64,000 nucleotides of DNA from a virus: IMG/VR virus record IMGVR_UViG_3300008261_000042. The stretch is one strand, 5' to 3'. The notes under the pieces are model-generated. The model was not told the origin of the DNA. It saw only the letters and a list, made by a program, of their open reading frames with translations, and did not search any database. Positions 45,951-56,339 of the stretch are shown one piece after another. The first letter of the stretch is position 1; each line of letters begins with the position of its first letter. Position numbers and translations under genes: made by a program.

Positions 45951-46126
45951 GTAATTTTGCAGATAAGAGAGCAACAAATCTAAAACCAGATGACATGTTT
46001 TATTCTAGATTAATTACAGTTGATGATCTTCCTTCGGGAGAATTGCATGAAATTAAATCAGATAAACCAATTCAAGTAAGAGTAAACAATGGAGAGTGGA
46101 TTACTATTGATCCATCGGAGCTATAA
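45947..46126 (+). CDS. Small hypothetical protein (59 aa)
   Basis: ATGA overlap; ...EIKSDKPIQVRVNNGEW resembles the C-termini of the upstream paralogs. Confidence 0.65.
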   Translation: MSNFADKRATNLKPDDMFYSRLITVDDLPSGELHEIKSDKPIQVRVNNGEWITIDPSEL

Positions 46127-46129
46127 ATA
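46122..46129 (+). promoter_or_regulatory. T4-type late promoter
   Basis: TATAAATA upstream of ATG 46166. Confidence 0.8.
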
Positions 46130-46165
46130 CTTATTGAGAATATAATCTGATTTTGTAGACATTAA

Positions 46166-49100
46166 ATGGCTAGAATTTTAGTAGGCAAAGGGGATCAAAT
46201 ACAAATCAGATATCCCACTCCATCAACTTGGAACACACGAACTACAGTACAAGTTAAAATTGGAACTGGATTAGATCCTACTGACGTAACTTTTGGTACT
46301 AGAATTCCTGATGCAAAACCAGATCAGTTTAATTTTACTAATCAAAGTGGATCATTAACTCCTGGAGGAACATCACTTACTAGTTTTGAAAAAAATACAT
46401 TTTATTATTCAAATTCAATTCTAGTTAGTGGCATTGAAATTTTTGTTCCAGCTAGTATTTCGGTGACTACTTCTGGCCCAAGAAATTTATCTGCAAATGC
46501 AAGTCAAGCAGCTTTTGAAGTTAATAATAGTGGAACTTGGGTAACATCAGCGCAAGTTAGAAATGGAGATAGAATCAGATTAAGAATAAAAACTGAAAAT
46601 TGGTATACTACTACAACTAATGTAACTCTTAGTGTATCTGATGAAACATGGGGAGGTAATTTAGGATTAACTCCAACTACTACCGTTGATACTTGGTCAA
46701 TTACAACTAGACCTCAAGTTCAAAATGTTCCTCAATTTTCATTCCTTGATTATATTGATGTTACAGCTGATGAGTTTGGATCATACAAAACCACTACTAT
46801 TCCCGTAAGTAATATTGATAATGATGCAGTTTTAAGAGCAACTTCAACTGCAAATGTTCAAATTTCTAAAGATAATATTAATTGGTCTCAGTCATTGACT
46901 GGATTAATTTTAGGGGATACAGTTTATACTAGAATTGCTATAGGTTCTTATACTACAAAAACTACAGGTATAGTGAGGGTATATGCAGTTGCTGACGAAA
47001 CTTATACTCGTAATGGTAATAATTATGACAATAATACTCCAGGAACTTATGGTAGACCAGATTTAAGTGTAAGTGAAAGATATACAGTAACACAAACACT
47101 AGGGGATGTAACAGATAATTGGCAAGTTTGGACAGAAGTTGATAGATATCCAGATTCGATTGCGTTAGAACCAATTTATACAATTTCTGATGGAGAAAAA
47201 GTATTTGTTTCTAGTCAACATTCTTACTCTAGAGCAGAAGCTTCTGAAAATGGGGCAGAATTTTGGTATTATGCTGATTTTAATATTACTGGCCTTGGAG
47301 TCGAATATACATCTGGAACATATTCAGATTTAGAGGAGCCATTTAGCTATACATCTACAGGAAAACCACAGTTACCTATTGATACTTCAATTGTAAATGG
47401 AAGAAATGTAGAAATTAATTGTAGAATTGCTCAAGGTAATGGATCATTACGAAAAAATGATACAGGGGAATGGGTTCAATCTTTATACGTAAAAAATGGT
47501 GATAAAGTTACAGTAAGACAAAAATCCAGTGAATTTTATAATCAACAGTTTACAACAAAAGTTATTTTAGATGGTCCTCCTGATGGCGGTCCTTCCCCAT
47601 ACTCAAATCCAACAAATGGTCCAAGCGCAGCTAATAGATCATTTCCAAATTTAGAAGATACAATTACAATAAGAACAAGATTAGCAAGAGAAACTCCGTA
47701 TCCATTTAAAGGATCTAATGTTTATTCTGCAGATCCTGGAGAGTCTTTGTTAATTGGCATTCCTTTAGATGGATATGATATTCCAGTAGATGCAACTATT
47801 GTATCGCAATCTGCTGCAGCTGCAGCACAAATAAGTTATGATGGATCCAATTTTTCTTCTTCTACATTAACGGATATTCCACTTAGTGCAACTACACTAA
47901 GTTTAAGATTTTCTGCTTCTACTAGTTATGGTGGAGTAGCTTTTGTCACATATAGTATAGGTAGTTATACTGATACCGTATATGCATATACGGTAAAAAG
48001 AGGATGGATTTATAGTGTATTTTCTGGTAATGTTAATAGAACTCAACCAGAAAATTTTGTTGTTCCAGATTATGCAGAAAACTTTGATTTTGTTTTAGTT
48101 GGAGCAGGTGGAGGAAATGGTGGTGATGATGCTCCGAACAGTTATGGGGGGAGAGGAGGATTTGGAAATCTTTTACGTGGTTCTATTGCACTACCAGATT
48201 CATTCTTCCTAGGAAATGATTTCAGTGTGAAATTCTACCCAGGTTCTAGAGGAGGGACAGGAATTAATTTTACTGGTAACGCTCCAGGAGGTACTGGTGG
48301 TTGGGGATATGCAACTGGAGGAAATGGAGGATCTTCAGGTTTAGGGGATAATTCTGGATCTGGTGGCGGTGGTGGTGGTGCTACAGCAATTGCATTTAAT
48401 GATGGTACTTTAATTGCTCTTGCTGGTGGCGGTGCTGGTGGTGGAGGTGCTGGTAACGATACTGAAGTACAAAAAGAAACACAAAATGGAAATTATAATG
48501 GTTTTGGTACATTAAAAAGTACTTTAGATGGTTTAAATTTAGATGGTATTGATGGAGAAAATAATGATTCTCAAGGTGGAGGTGCTGGTGGTGCTGGTGG
48601 CGGATTTGGTACTGCAGGAATTGTACCGTCTAATAAATTAGACGAATTTGGTGAAATTATACAAACAGATGATTTAGATGCCACTGGAGGAACTGGGGGA
48701 GGAGCATATTACGATCCAAATTTAGTTAACTTAACGGTAACAAATAATTTTTCAAATTTTGGTGCTGGTAGTGAAAGAAATGGATTAATTGTAGTAGGAA
48801 TTCCTCCTCAGGATAGAACACCAAATCCATTTGCATTTACATCTGTTTTATCTGCTTCCCCAAATACAATATATGAATCAGAAAAAGTAGAAATTACTGG
48901 CATTACTGGAAGAGTTTTAGTTACTGCTTTTGAAAGTCAATCAAAAATTAGAGTATGTGGTACAAATCAACAAAATTGTAGTGCTTATACTTCCACTTCT
49001 CAATATGTAAGGAATGGAGAATGGATTCAAGTACAAATGACAACAGGTTTAGATTATTATACTACGTATCCAGTTAGAGTTGTTGTTGGTGATACAGAAG

Positions 49101-51580
49101 CCTATTGGATTGTAGAAACTGGAGAACCACCAGATACATTACCAAATCCTTTTGAAATCCCAGATAAGATTAATGTAGAATTAGATACATTAATTGATAG
49201 TGATGAAGTAGAAATTAGTGGTATTAATACCTTAGTTGACGTTACAGCAACTGGAGGAGCTTTAATTTCAATTTGTTCTTCTCCTGGAGTTTGTAGTTCT
49301 TTTGCTCCAAGTCCACAACAAATTGGCAATAATCAATCATTTAAGATTAGATTGAGATCATCAGATCAATATTTAACAACAGTAGGGACCACTGTAGTAG
49401 TAGGAGATTCTAACGGAGAAGCATTTAATTTAACAACAATTAAAGAACCAGATAGAGATCCAAACTCGTTTATATTTTTTGAACTCACTAAACAACCATT
49501 AGAGACTCAAGTAAAATCAAAGAATTCTGTTGTAATACAAGGCATTGATTCTCCAGTTACATTTGCTATTACTAGAGATGACGGTCAACAACCAAATGCT
49601 ACAATTATTTTGAATGGTGTTGATACTAATCAATCATCTATTCAAGTTCAATTATTTGATATAGTAAGATTAAAATATCTAACTTCAGATGTTCCAGGTG
49701 AAAGAGTAGAGTTTACAGTTACGGCTGGGGATTTTGAAACATCTTGGGCGGTGACTACAGATGGATCATTTGGCACAAATCCAACTCCATTTATTTTTAC
49801 TAATGTTTATGCAGATTCTTTACAATATGGAGTATCAAATGAAACAATTACTGTTTCTGGATTAGGAGTTTCCGCTGTTTCTATATACGGAACTAATGGA
49901 GCACAGTTTTCAATCAATGGTGGTCCATTTACAGAGTATACCGTAACATCTCCAGGGTCAATTTCAAATGGTCAAACATTTAAAGTTAGATTATTAGCAA
50001 GTGCTATTGAAGGATTTGATGTTGTTTCTGCTATTACTGTTGGATCATATATGACATCATTTTCTGTATTTGCAAATGCTGATGTAGAAGATCCTATTTT
50101 AGGACAGTGGTATAGTAGTGTTCAAACTATCAAACCAGCAGATGGAGGACAACAAATTAGATTCTCCACAAAATTTGAAGGTTTACCAATTGGTACAATT
50201 ATGCCAGTGTTCCAAGATTCCACAGAAACTGACAATTGGGGTAATTTAAGTGGAAAAGCAGACTCTAGATTCCATGGTTGGATATGGTGTAATGGTGATT
50301 TTATTAGCAATGAAGATTTTCCATTATTATATGAAATAATTGGTAAATCATACGGAGCTACATCAGTTGACGCAACTTTATTCAGGTTACCTGATTTTAG
50401 AAATAGGAAAGTATTAGGTACTGGTCCTATTGATGGAAATTCTGCATCATCGCCAATCGTAAATCCACTATATGGACCAGGAAAAACTGGTATTAATGCG
50501 AGTGGTAATATTCCAGGATCGCAAGGTGGTATGTGGTTTGTTGATAAAATTGCAGATCCTGGTGTTGATACAACAGGAAACAACAATGAATTTGAACAAG
50601 TAGAAAAACCAGCAACTGGACAGCCTGCTCAGTCAAGTGATTATTTTGCTATCGCTAATATTAGAACTAGTGGTTACGAGCAAATTACTGGAAACATTGA
50701 ATTTACTACGTCTGGTTCAATTAGTGGTAATGTATCATTAAGTGACACTAGAATATTTGAAGTTCCTAGACATACTCACGAAATGGTAAGTGGTCAACCA
50801 GATCCAGGTAGATCAAAAGGATATGTTTCCTGGGGAGGAAGAGGAGGTTTTGGTGGTCAACTTCCAGTAACAAGTAGAGCAGGAGAAGATGGACCAACAA
50901 TTCAAACAGATACATATAGATTTAATGTTTGGGGATATTGCACTGATGATTATGATATTCAAGCTGGAAGTGATGATGTTCCAAGAATATCCGTAAACGC
51001 AGATGATGGTGGAAATGTTCCAGTATTTGCAAAAACTCTTACTGAATGGGATGGAGAACCTCAAGGTAGTGGATACATTGGAGCATATGTCGGGGAAACG
51101 TATGAAAAATTAGAAGTAAGACAACCAAATATTAGAAAAGGTACTCCAGCATATAATGAAATAAATGAATATGTAAACTTAGAAACTTGGTCTGGTGGTG
51201 GATCTTCTTCATCTGGTGGATTATACAGATTTATAGGTGCAGTAGATATTCCAGAAAAATCAGTAACTGTTCAATCATATACACCAGAAAGAAAATCACA
51301 TTCCCATTATATTAGTTTAAGTAATCCTGGAAGTCAAAATACCACATTCAGTTGGGGTAAAGATGATGGCCCTGGAGTCATTACATCAGGAAGTCAATTT
51401 GCTACCGATTCTATCAGTGTTTCTTTCTCATCATTGGAAGTTGGTATTGAAGTATTACCTGGAACATTTACTTTAGCATCAACTAAGCAATTGATTCCAG
51501 TTCCTGAATTTGCACCTCAAACTGAAGTTCCACTTATATCACCATACATATGGGTTAAGTGGCTAATAAAAGCATTCTAA
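46166..51580 (+). CDS. Long tail-fibre-like protein with Gly-rich and tail collar domains
   Basis: Repeated PNPF.F Ig-like units, poly-Gly block, GLPIGTIMPV...GWIWCNG...FRLPD collar, PYIWVKWLIKAF end. Confidence 0.85.
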   Translation: MARILVGKGDQIQIRYPTPSTWNTRTTVQVKIGTGLDPTDVTFGTRIPDAKPDQFNFTNQSGSLTPGGTSLTSFEKNTFYYSNSILVSGIEIFVPASISVTTSGPRNLSANASQAAFEVNNSGTWVTSAQVRNGDRIRLRIKTENWYTTTTNVTLSVSDETWGGNLGLTPTTTVDTWSITTRPQVQNVPQFSFLDYIDVTADEFGSYKTTTIPVSNIDNDAVLRATSTANVQISKDNINWSQSLTGLILGDTVYTRIAIGSYTTKTTGIVRVYAVADETYTRNGNNYDNNTPGTYGRPDLSVSERYTVTQTLGDVTDNWQVWTEVDRYPDSIALEPIYTISDGEKVFVSSQHSYSRAEASENGAEFWYYADFNITGLGVEYTSGTYSDLEEPFSYTSTGKPQLPIDTSIVNGRNVEINCRIAQGNGSLRKNDTGEWVQSLYVKNGDKVTVRQKSSEFYNQQFTTKVILDGPPDGGPSPYSNPTNGPSAANRSFPNLEDTITIRTRLARETPYPFKGSNVYSADPGESLLIGIPLDGYDIPVDATIVSQSAAAAAQISYDGSNFSSSTLTDIPLSATTLSLRFSASTSYGGVAFVTYSIGSYTDTVYAYTVKRGWIYSVFSGNVNRTQPENFVVPDYAENFDFVLVGAGGGNGGDDAPNSYGGRGGFGNLLRGSIALPDSFFLGNDFSVKFYPGSRGGTGINFTGNAPGGTGGWGYATGGNGGSSGLGDNSGSGGGGGGATAIAFNDGTLIALAGGGAGGGGAGNDTEVQKETQNGNYNGFGTLKSTLDGLNLDGIDGENNDSQGGGAGGAGGGFGTAGIVPSNKLDEFGEIIQTDDLDATGGTGGGAYYDPNLVNLTVTNNFSNFGAGSERNGLIVVGIPPQDRTPNPFAFTSVLSASPNTIYESEKVEITGITGRVLVTAFESQSKIRVCGTNQQNCSAYTSTSQYVRNGEWIQVQMTTGLDYYTTYPVRVVVGDTEAYWIVETGEPPDTLPNPFEIPDKINVELDTLIDSDEVEISGINTLVDVTATGGALISICSSPGVCSSFAPSPQQIGNNQSFKIRLRSSDQYLTTVGTTVVVGDSNGEAFNLTTIKEPDRDPNSFIFFELTKQPLETQVKSKNSVVIQGIDSPVTFAITRDDGQQPNATIILNGVDTNQSSIQVQLFDIVRLKYLTSDVPGERVEFTVTAGDFETSWAVTTDGSFGTNPTPFIFTNVYADSLQYGVSNETITVSGLGVSAVSIYGTNGAQFSINGGPFTEYTVTSPGSISNGQTFKVRLLASAIEGFDVVSAITVGSYMTSFSVFANADVEDPILGQWYSSVQTIKPADGGQQIRFSTKFEGLPIGTIMPVFQDSTETDNWGNLSGKADSRFHGWIWCNGDFISNEDFPLLYEIIGKSYGATSVDATLFRLPDFRNRKVLGTGPIDGNSASSPIVNPLYGPGKTGINASGNIPGSQGGMWFVDKIADPGVDTTGNNNEFEQVEKPATGQPAQSSDYFAIANIRTSGYEQITGNIEFTTSGSISGNVSLSDTRIFEVPRHTHEMVSGQPDPGRSKGYVSWGGRGGFGGQLPVTSRAGEDGPTIQTDTYRFNVWGYCTDDYDIQAGSDDVPRISVNADDGGNVPVFAKTLTEWDGEPQGSGYIGAYVGETYEKLEVRQPNIRKGTPAYNEINEYVNLETWSGGGSSSSGGLYRFIGAVDIPEKSVTVQSYTPERKSHSHYISLSNPGSQNTTFSWGKDDGPGVITSGSQFATDSISVSFSSLEVGIEVLPGTFTLASTKQLIPVPEFAPQTEVPLISPYIWVKWLIKAF

Positions 51581-51602
51581 ATATTAAATAAAAGCTTCTG
51601 CC

Positions 51603-52544
51603 ATGGCAACTAATTTTAATCCTAGTGATTTTATATTACAGGAAATAGCACCACCAGAAAAAAGATCTACGATTTTAGAATACGATTCTAAATCAAGGAT
51701 GGTTTTAGTGCGTGTATTTAACAAAGAAAATGAAGTAAAGTATAATGCAATTTATCTTAGTGAGAAATTAAATCAAAATATTTTAACTAATATTCCATCT
51801 GAATTATCTGACGATAAAGATAGAATTGTTGTGTTTGGAATATATGATGATGGATCTTTTACTATGTTTAAAGAGAAGATGAAATATGATTTTGCTACAC
51901 AACAAGCAAAATGGGTTAAGTATGAAGTATTTGATGTTACTACAGAAGAAGCTAAAGAAATTTTTAATGTATTGAAATCTGCTGTATTTGTTCAACAAGT
52001 TTCTGATACCGAAGCTAGAAACAAAGCAGTATTAGAAATTTTAACCAAAGATGAATACATTAATGACTTATATAACAAAACAATTATAAAAAGAGATGAT
52101 TTATTAAGGACAAGTGACTATAGAGTGCTTCCAGATTATCCAGAACTATTTACTGGAGAAAAAGATTTGTGGATTAAATGGAGAGATGAATTAAGAAATT
52201 GTGTTAAATCTAGAGAAGATTTTGACGATGAACTAGATTATTTAATTTATGCTCAAGATTTCAAATGGCCAATTGATCCTTTAGTGTATTATTCAAAATA
52301 TCCTAATAATGAAGTGGAATATCTAAGCACAGAAGATCAATATGATATTATTCCAGAAAAAGTTTCAACTGAAGTACAAAATATCATTAGAAAAAATTCT
52401 GTAGCAATCATTAATCAACAAAAACTTAGAGATAATCAAGGAATTCCAGTTGAGAAGCAAATTTATGATGTAATTAAAAAATACAATTTAAATCAAGACC
52501 TTCTTGATTTTGATTTATCTCAACTTAATCTTGGGGGTGTATGA
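51603..52544 (+). CDS. Tail fibre assembly chaperone-like protein
   Basis: RDDLLRTSDYRVLPDYP...W..WRDELR...WP motif. Confidence 0.75.
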   Translation: MATNFNPSDFILQEIAPPEKRSTILEYDSKSRMVLVRVFNKENEVKYNAIYLSEKLNQNILTNIPSELSDDKDRIVVFGIYDDGSFTMFKEKMKYDFATQQAKWVKYEVFDVTTEEAKEIFNVLKSAVFVQQVSDTEARNKAVLEILTKDEYINDLYNKTIIKRDDLLRTSDYRVLPDYPELFTGEKDLWIKWRDELRNCVKSREDFDDELDYLIYAQDFKWPIDPLVYYSKYPNNEVEYLSTEDQYDIIPEKVSTEVQNIIRKNSVAIINQQKLRDNQGIPVEKQIYDVIKKYNLNQDLLDFDLSQLNLGGV

Positions 52545-52924
52545 TGATAGTACATGACTTTTTAGAATTTGCTAGATATATTACTGAAAGAGATCAATCA
52601 ACTCTAATGATTCTCAGAACAGTTGGACCAGACGGTGTTACAGATACACAAAAAGCAAATGAAATTTACTCAGCTTATCATTTAAATCTTGATCCTATTG
52701 GAGAAGGATTATTTGATAAATTACTATACAATGAATTTGTTTTTATTCACTTTGATTCTGAAGAAGAAGCATATAATTTTGCTTTAGAAAATCTACCAAT
52801 GAATAAAAAAAATATTGATTCTGATTACTTTGTTCAATTTTATATCTTTCATAATGGTGAGTTTGCATATGGTAATAATAGTGTTAAAGGATTAACAGAG
52901 TTACCATATTCATCTGAACCCTGA
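52541..52924 (+). CDS. Hypothetical protein
   Basis: ATGA-coupled 127-aa ORF at the end of the fibre operon. Confidence 0.75.
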   Translation: MMIVHDFLEFARYITERDQSTLMILRTVGPDGVTDTQKANEIYSAYHLNLDPIGEGLFDKLLYNEFVFIHFDSEEEAYNFALENLPMNKKNIDSDYFVQFYIFHNGEFAYGNNSVKGLTELPYSSEP

Positions 52925-52983
52925 CAGAGTTATTCTACTGGGTTTCTTGAGATCTGTCAAGTCCAGTTACCAAACCGACACAC

Positions 52984-53017
52984 GGGGGTTGACAGCCCCC
53001 TTTTTTCATGCCATACT
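52984..53017 (+). promoter_or_regulatory. Terminator hairpin fused with a sigma70 promoter
   Basis: GGGGG-TTGACA-GCCCCC-TTTTTT; TTGACA (52989-52994), 17 bp, CATACT (53012-53017). Confidence 0.8.
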
Positions 53018-53039
53018 AACGACATCCAAACGCACTCCC

Positions 53040-54266
53040 ATGAAACTTCGTCCCCACCAAGAACGAGCACTCGCCGCCATGACTCGCCACCAGTTCGGTC
53101 AGATCATTGCTCCGACTGGTGCTGGCAAGACCTTGATCATGATTTTTGACATCATGCGTCGTATGCGTGAGGCTACCACACCACAGACTATTGTTGTCTG
53201 TGCTCCTCGTATTCTTCTTGCAGAACAGCTATCTAGTGAGTTTCTTGAGTTTATTGATAATGCTAACGTTCTTCACGTTCACAGTGGAGAAACGCACCAC
53301 AAAAGCACAACTAACCCGCAGGTAATTGCTGCTTGGGATTCTATTGTTGACAACCACAAATTAATCTTTACCACATACAATTCTCTCCGTCGTGTGAACG
53401 AGTCGGGTATTCACCTTGATGTTGCTTACTACGACGAAGCTCACAACGCTACCAAAAAGAATTTTATTGTCAGTGTTGGTGAGTGTTGTGCTACTAATTA
53501 CTACTACTTTACTGCCACTCCTAAGCATAGTCGTTCTCCTTATGGCAATGGCATGAATAACAAAATTGTGTTTGGAGAAATCATTTCTAACATTTCTGCT
53601 CCCGAACTTGTTGAGCAAGGCAATATCCTTTCTCCAACTATTGAAGTTCATGAAGTAGATTACGAACGCCAGAAGGGTCTCAGTGCTGCTGACAACGACC
53701 ACAGCACCCTGCTCGATATGATCGACGGACTGGACTCTAGAAACGCCCAGAAGGTGCTTGTAGCCGCTCCTAGCAGTAAAGTACTGTGGCAGATGCTTTC
53801 TCGCACCACGGTCATTGCAGACCTTGCTGAGCGTGGCTATGATGTTCTTCACATCACCAGCAAGTTCGGTGCCTATGTCAATGGCACTAAAGTAAATCGT
53901 GAGACATTCTTCGACACCTTTAACACATGGGGTCAACAACCCGAGCGGAAGTTTATTATCTTCCACTACAGCATTCTGTCTGAAGGTATCAACGTTCACG
54001 GTCTGACTCATACAATTCTTCTTCGCAACCTTCCTGTTGTTGAGATGGCACAAACTATTGGTCGTGTCATTCGTCTCAACAAAGAAGACGCTAAAGATAT
54101 TGCTGCTGGTAAGATTGAAGCAGGCAACTTCCAAATGTATCGCAAACCAACTGGTTTTGTGACTGTGCCTGTGTTCAAAAACTACGGTAAGAAAACTCAG
54201 CGTCGTCTGGAAGAAGTTGTAGACACCATCTTTGTCAAAGGTCAACCCGCTATCGATGTTCGTTAA
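53040..54266 (+). CDS. SF2 DEAH helicase (ResIII-like)
   Basis: MKLRPHQ, APTGAGKT, DEAH, TATP, LSEGINV, QTIGR. Confidence 0.92.
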   Translation: MKLRPHQERALAAMTRHQFGQIIAPTGAGKTLIMIFDIMRRMREATTPQTIVVCAPRILLAEQLSSEFLEFIDNANVLHVHSGETHHKSTTNPQVIAAWDSIVDNHKLIFTTYNSLRRVNESGIHLDVAYYDEAHNATKKNFIVSVGECCATNYYYFTATPKHSRSPYGNGMNNKIVFGEIISNISAPELVEQGNILSPTIEVHEVDYERQKGLSAADNDHSTLLDMIDGLDSRNAQKVLVAAPSSKVLWQMLSRTTVIADLAERGYDVLHITSKFGAYVNGTKVNRETFFDTFNTWGQQPERKFIIFHYSILSEGINVHGLTHTILLRNLPVVEMAQTIGRVIRLNKEDAKDIAAGKIEAGNFQMYRKPTGFVTVPVFKNYGKKTQRRLEEVVDTIFVKGQPAIDVR

Positions 54267-54268
54267 TT

Positions 54269-54520
54269 ATGGCTACCACAAAACAACAAACTAAAGAAGA
54301 ATTTCTTTGCCCTGCTCCAGCTATTAATCCAGAAACAGACATGAGTTTTTTGGAGCTTGCTCTAACCAACAATTTAAATAACTTTGTAACTCATGCTGGA
54401 TACATCAACTCGATGGTAATCGGCGGTAAAATGAAAGCAGAAGAAGGTTACGAAGAAATCAAAAAGCTTTACAAAGCTATGAAATCGTCACGTAAATCAC
54501 TGCGAGGATCGTGGTTTTAA
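54269..54520 (+). CDS. Conserved hypothetical protein
   Basis: GGKM..EEGYEEIKKLYK.MK.SRK motif. Confidence 0.75.
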   Translation: MATTKQQTKEEFLCPAPAINPETDMSFLELALTNNLNNFVTHAGYINSMVIGGKMKAEEGYEEIKKLYKAMKSSRKSLRGSWF

Positions 54521-54547
54521 CCTAAATACCTCAGACGCAAACAAATT

Positions 54548-54865
54548 ATGCTCTCGACCGAAACTCGTCTTCGCCTAGAAGATATTGCTGCAAGGATTCA
54601 AGGTGGTCTAAGTGTTTCTTTTGAAGAAATGCAATGGGCACAGAAGTGGGCAACTCACAATAAAAGTGCAGAAGCAATTCTAAGAAAGGCGAGGAGGATA
54701 GCAATTCAGGGAGAAGCACCTAAAGGTAGTTTAGATGAATTGATGCAGGGATTAGATATTGGTGACCCAGACCCTTCAAATCATCTGATTGGTCCTCAAG
54801 ACCCTACCACACTTGCTGAGTGGTTTAAACAAGATAAATCAGATGATTGGAGGCAAAGAGACTGA
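54548..54865 (+). CDS. Conserved cyanophage hypothetical protein
   Basis: MLSTETRLRLE...GDPDPSNH...DDWRQRD. Confidence 0.85.
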   Translation: MLSTETRLRLEDIAARIQGGLSVSFEEMQWAQKWATHNKSAEAILRKARRIAIQGEAPKGSLDELMQGLDIGDPDPSNHLIGPQDPTTLAEWFKQDKSDDWRQRD

Positions 54866-55125
54866 TGTTGTATTACTATGCTATATTCACGGTATTTGCT
54901 ATAGTATGTTACATGATTGTCGTTGATAAAAATGTAGCTATATTCATAGAGCTTATGGTACGCTTTGCTTGGGTTCAAGTAAAACGTGCATGGTGGATTG
55001 TTAGGTTTCATCCAATCAATCCAATTCCACGCTGGACATTGAACTGGCGTATCGAACGCATGACTCGACAACTTGAAAAGGACTTAAAAGATGACTCATT
55101 ACGACAAACTGATCGACACGATTAA
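54865..55125 (+). CDS. Small membrane protein
   Basis: TGATG coupling; hydrophobic N-terminus; HPINP. Confidence 0.7.
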   Translation: MLYYYAIFTVFAIVCYMIVVDKNVAIFIELMVRFAWVQVKRAWWIVRFHPINPIPRWTLNWRIERMTRQLEKDLKDDSLRQTDRHD

Positions 55126-55267
55126 GCAAGAGCTATGGGAATTTTATGGTGATGTTGCCGTGTGGGATGAACAAAGAGCAGAAGTAGCAGCACACCGCAT
55201 CCTTGAGCATGTAGAAGAATTCCAAACAATTCGTAGTTTAGGTAAGCAATGGAGGGCAAGTGACTGA
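55091..55267 (+). CDS. Small hypothetical protein (58 aa)
   Basis: Translated by hand: MTHYDKLIDTIKQELWEFY...WRASD; fills the gap. Confidence 0.65.
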   Translation: MTHYDKLIDTIKQELWEFYGDVAVWDEQRAEVAAHRILEHVEEFQTIRSLGKQWRASD

Positions 55268-55850
55268 ATATAATAAATTAAGTGATTTTTATTACATCAA
55301 AGAAGATGCTTTAACAGAAGAATTTTGTCAACACTGTATTAAAAAATTCAAATTAGATCCTAATAAGACACAAGGGAAAACTGGTGGAGGGGTAATTTTA
55401 GATATAAAACAATCTACTGATATTAATATATCTAAATTTGATACCTGGAAAGAAGAGGATCAAACTTTTTTTGATTCCCTGACAAAAGCTTTGAATGAAT
55501 ATAGAGATTTACATAAAAGAAAGCTACTTTGGTTAAATACTGATAGGTATGATGATCATGGCTATCAGATACAGGAAACTCTTCCAGGTGGATTTTACAA
55601 GTGGCATCATGACTTTTTTTCTACGGAAAAACAAGCAAGATTTTTAACTTATCTTTGGTATTTAAATACAGTGGAAGAGGGTGGACATACCGAATTTATT
55701 GATGGTACAAAAATCCAACCAGAGACAGGTAAACTTATTATATTTCCTGCTGCTTGGCCATTTTATCATCAAGGAACTCCTCCAATAAAACAAACCAAAT
55801 ATGTTTGTACTGGATGGATATACTTAGATTCTTCTTTTCCAAATTCTTAA
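55260..55850 (+). CDS. 2OG-Fe(II) oxygenase (prolyl-4-hydroxylase-like)
   Basis: WHHD, LWYLN.VEEGG.TEF, GKLIIFP, distal H, KY..TGW. Confidence 0.92.
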   Translation: MTEYNKLSDFYYIKEDALTEEFCQHCIKKFKLDPNKTQGKTGGGVILDIKQSTDINISKFDTWKEEDQTFFDSLTKALNEYRDLHKRKLLWLNTDRYDDHGYQIQETLPGGFYKWHHDFFSTEKQARFLTYLWYLNTVEEGGHTEFIDGTKIQPETGKLIIFPAAWPFYHQGTPPIKQTKYVCTGWIYLDSSFPNS

Positions 55851-55851
55851 A

Positions 55852-56061
55852 ATGGACAAATTACATTCTGGTATAACAGTCAGATATATTGGCTGCTCTC
55901 AAGAACAAATTAATTGGGGCAGTAATGATGATCCAAGAGATATGTTAATTGTTGGTGATAAGTATTACATTGAACATGTAGAGCATCATGCTTATCATAC
56001 TAAAATAGAACTTCGTGGTGTAAAGGGTAAATTTAATTCTGTTTGTTTTGAATTATTGTAA
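55852..56061 (+). CDS. Hypothetical protein
   Basis: EQINWG..DDP...FNSVCF. Confidence 0.75.
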   Translation: MDKLHSGITVRYIGCSQEQINWGSNDDPRDMLIVGDKYYIEHVEHHAYHTKIELRGVKGKFNSVCFELL

Positions 56062-56063
56062 TT

Positions 56064-56339
56064 ATGACTGAAATTCATTTATTTGTGCAAGAAGGTTGTC
56101 GCCCTTGCATGTATGCCGAAACACAACTCAAGAAAGTAGAAGGATGGGAGAATGTTGTGACCATCACCAATGCTAAGCAGAATGGTGTGTGGTCTGACTT
56201 TGCTCGTGACTGTGGTGTTGATGCCACACCAACGCTCGTGGCATTGACGGATGGCGTGATCATTGCTAAAATGGCAGGGTCTCAGCACATGACTTCTGAT
56301 TTCTGGAGGACTACGGTAGAAAAGCATGGGAATGTTTGA
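56064..56339 (+). CDS. Thioredoxin/glutaredoxin-fold protein
   Basis: CRPC active site and GVDATPTLV cis-Pro motif. Confidence 0.8.
   Translation: MTEIHLFVQEGCRPCMYAETQLKKVEGWENVVTITNAKQNGVWSDFARDCGVDATPTLVALTDGVIIAKMAGSQHMTSDFWRTTVEKHGNV

Noticed and set aside
42280-48620. GGT/GGA-rich repeats and Pro-rich antisense ORFs
   Set aside because: Explained by poly-glycine coding; no constant repeat-spacer periodicity, so not CRISPR or satellite.
38217-52924. Diversity-generating retroelement or invertible fibre cassette
   Set aside because: No reverse transcriptase or recombinase, and no TR/VR pair or inverted cassette seen in the window.
53361-54245. 294-aa minus-strand ORF
   Set aside because: Antisense shadow of the helicase caused by its codon bias; no recognisable motifs or RBS.
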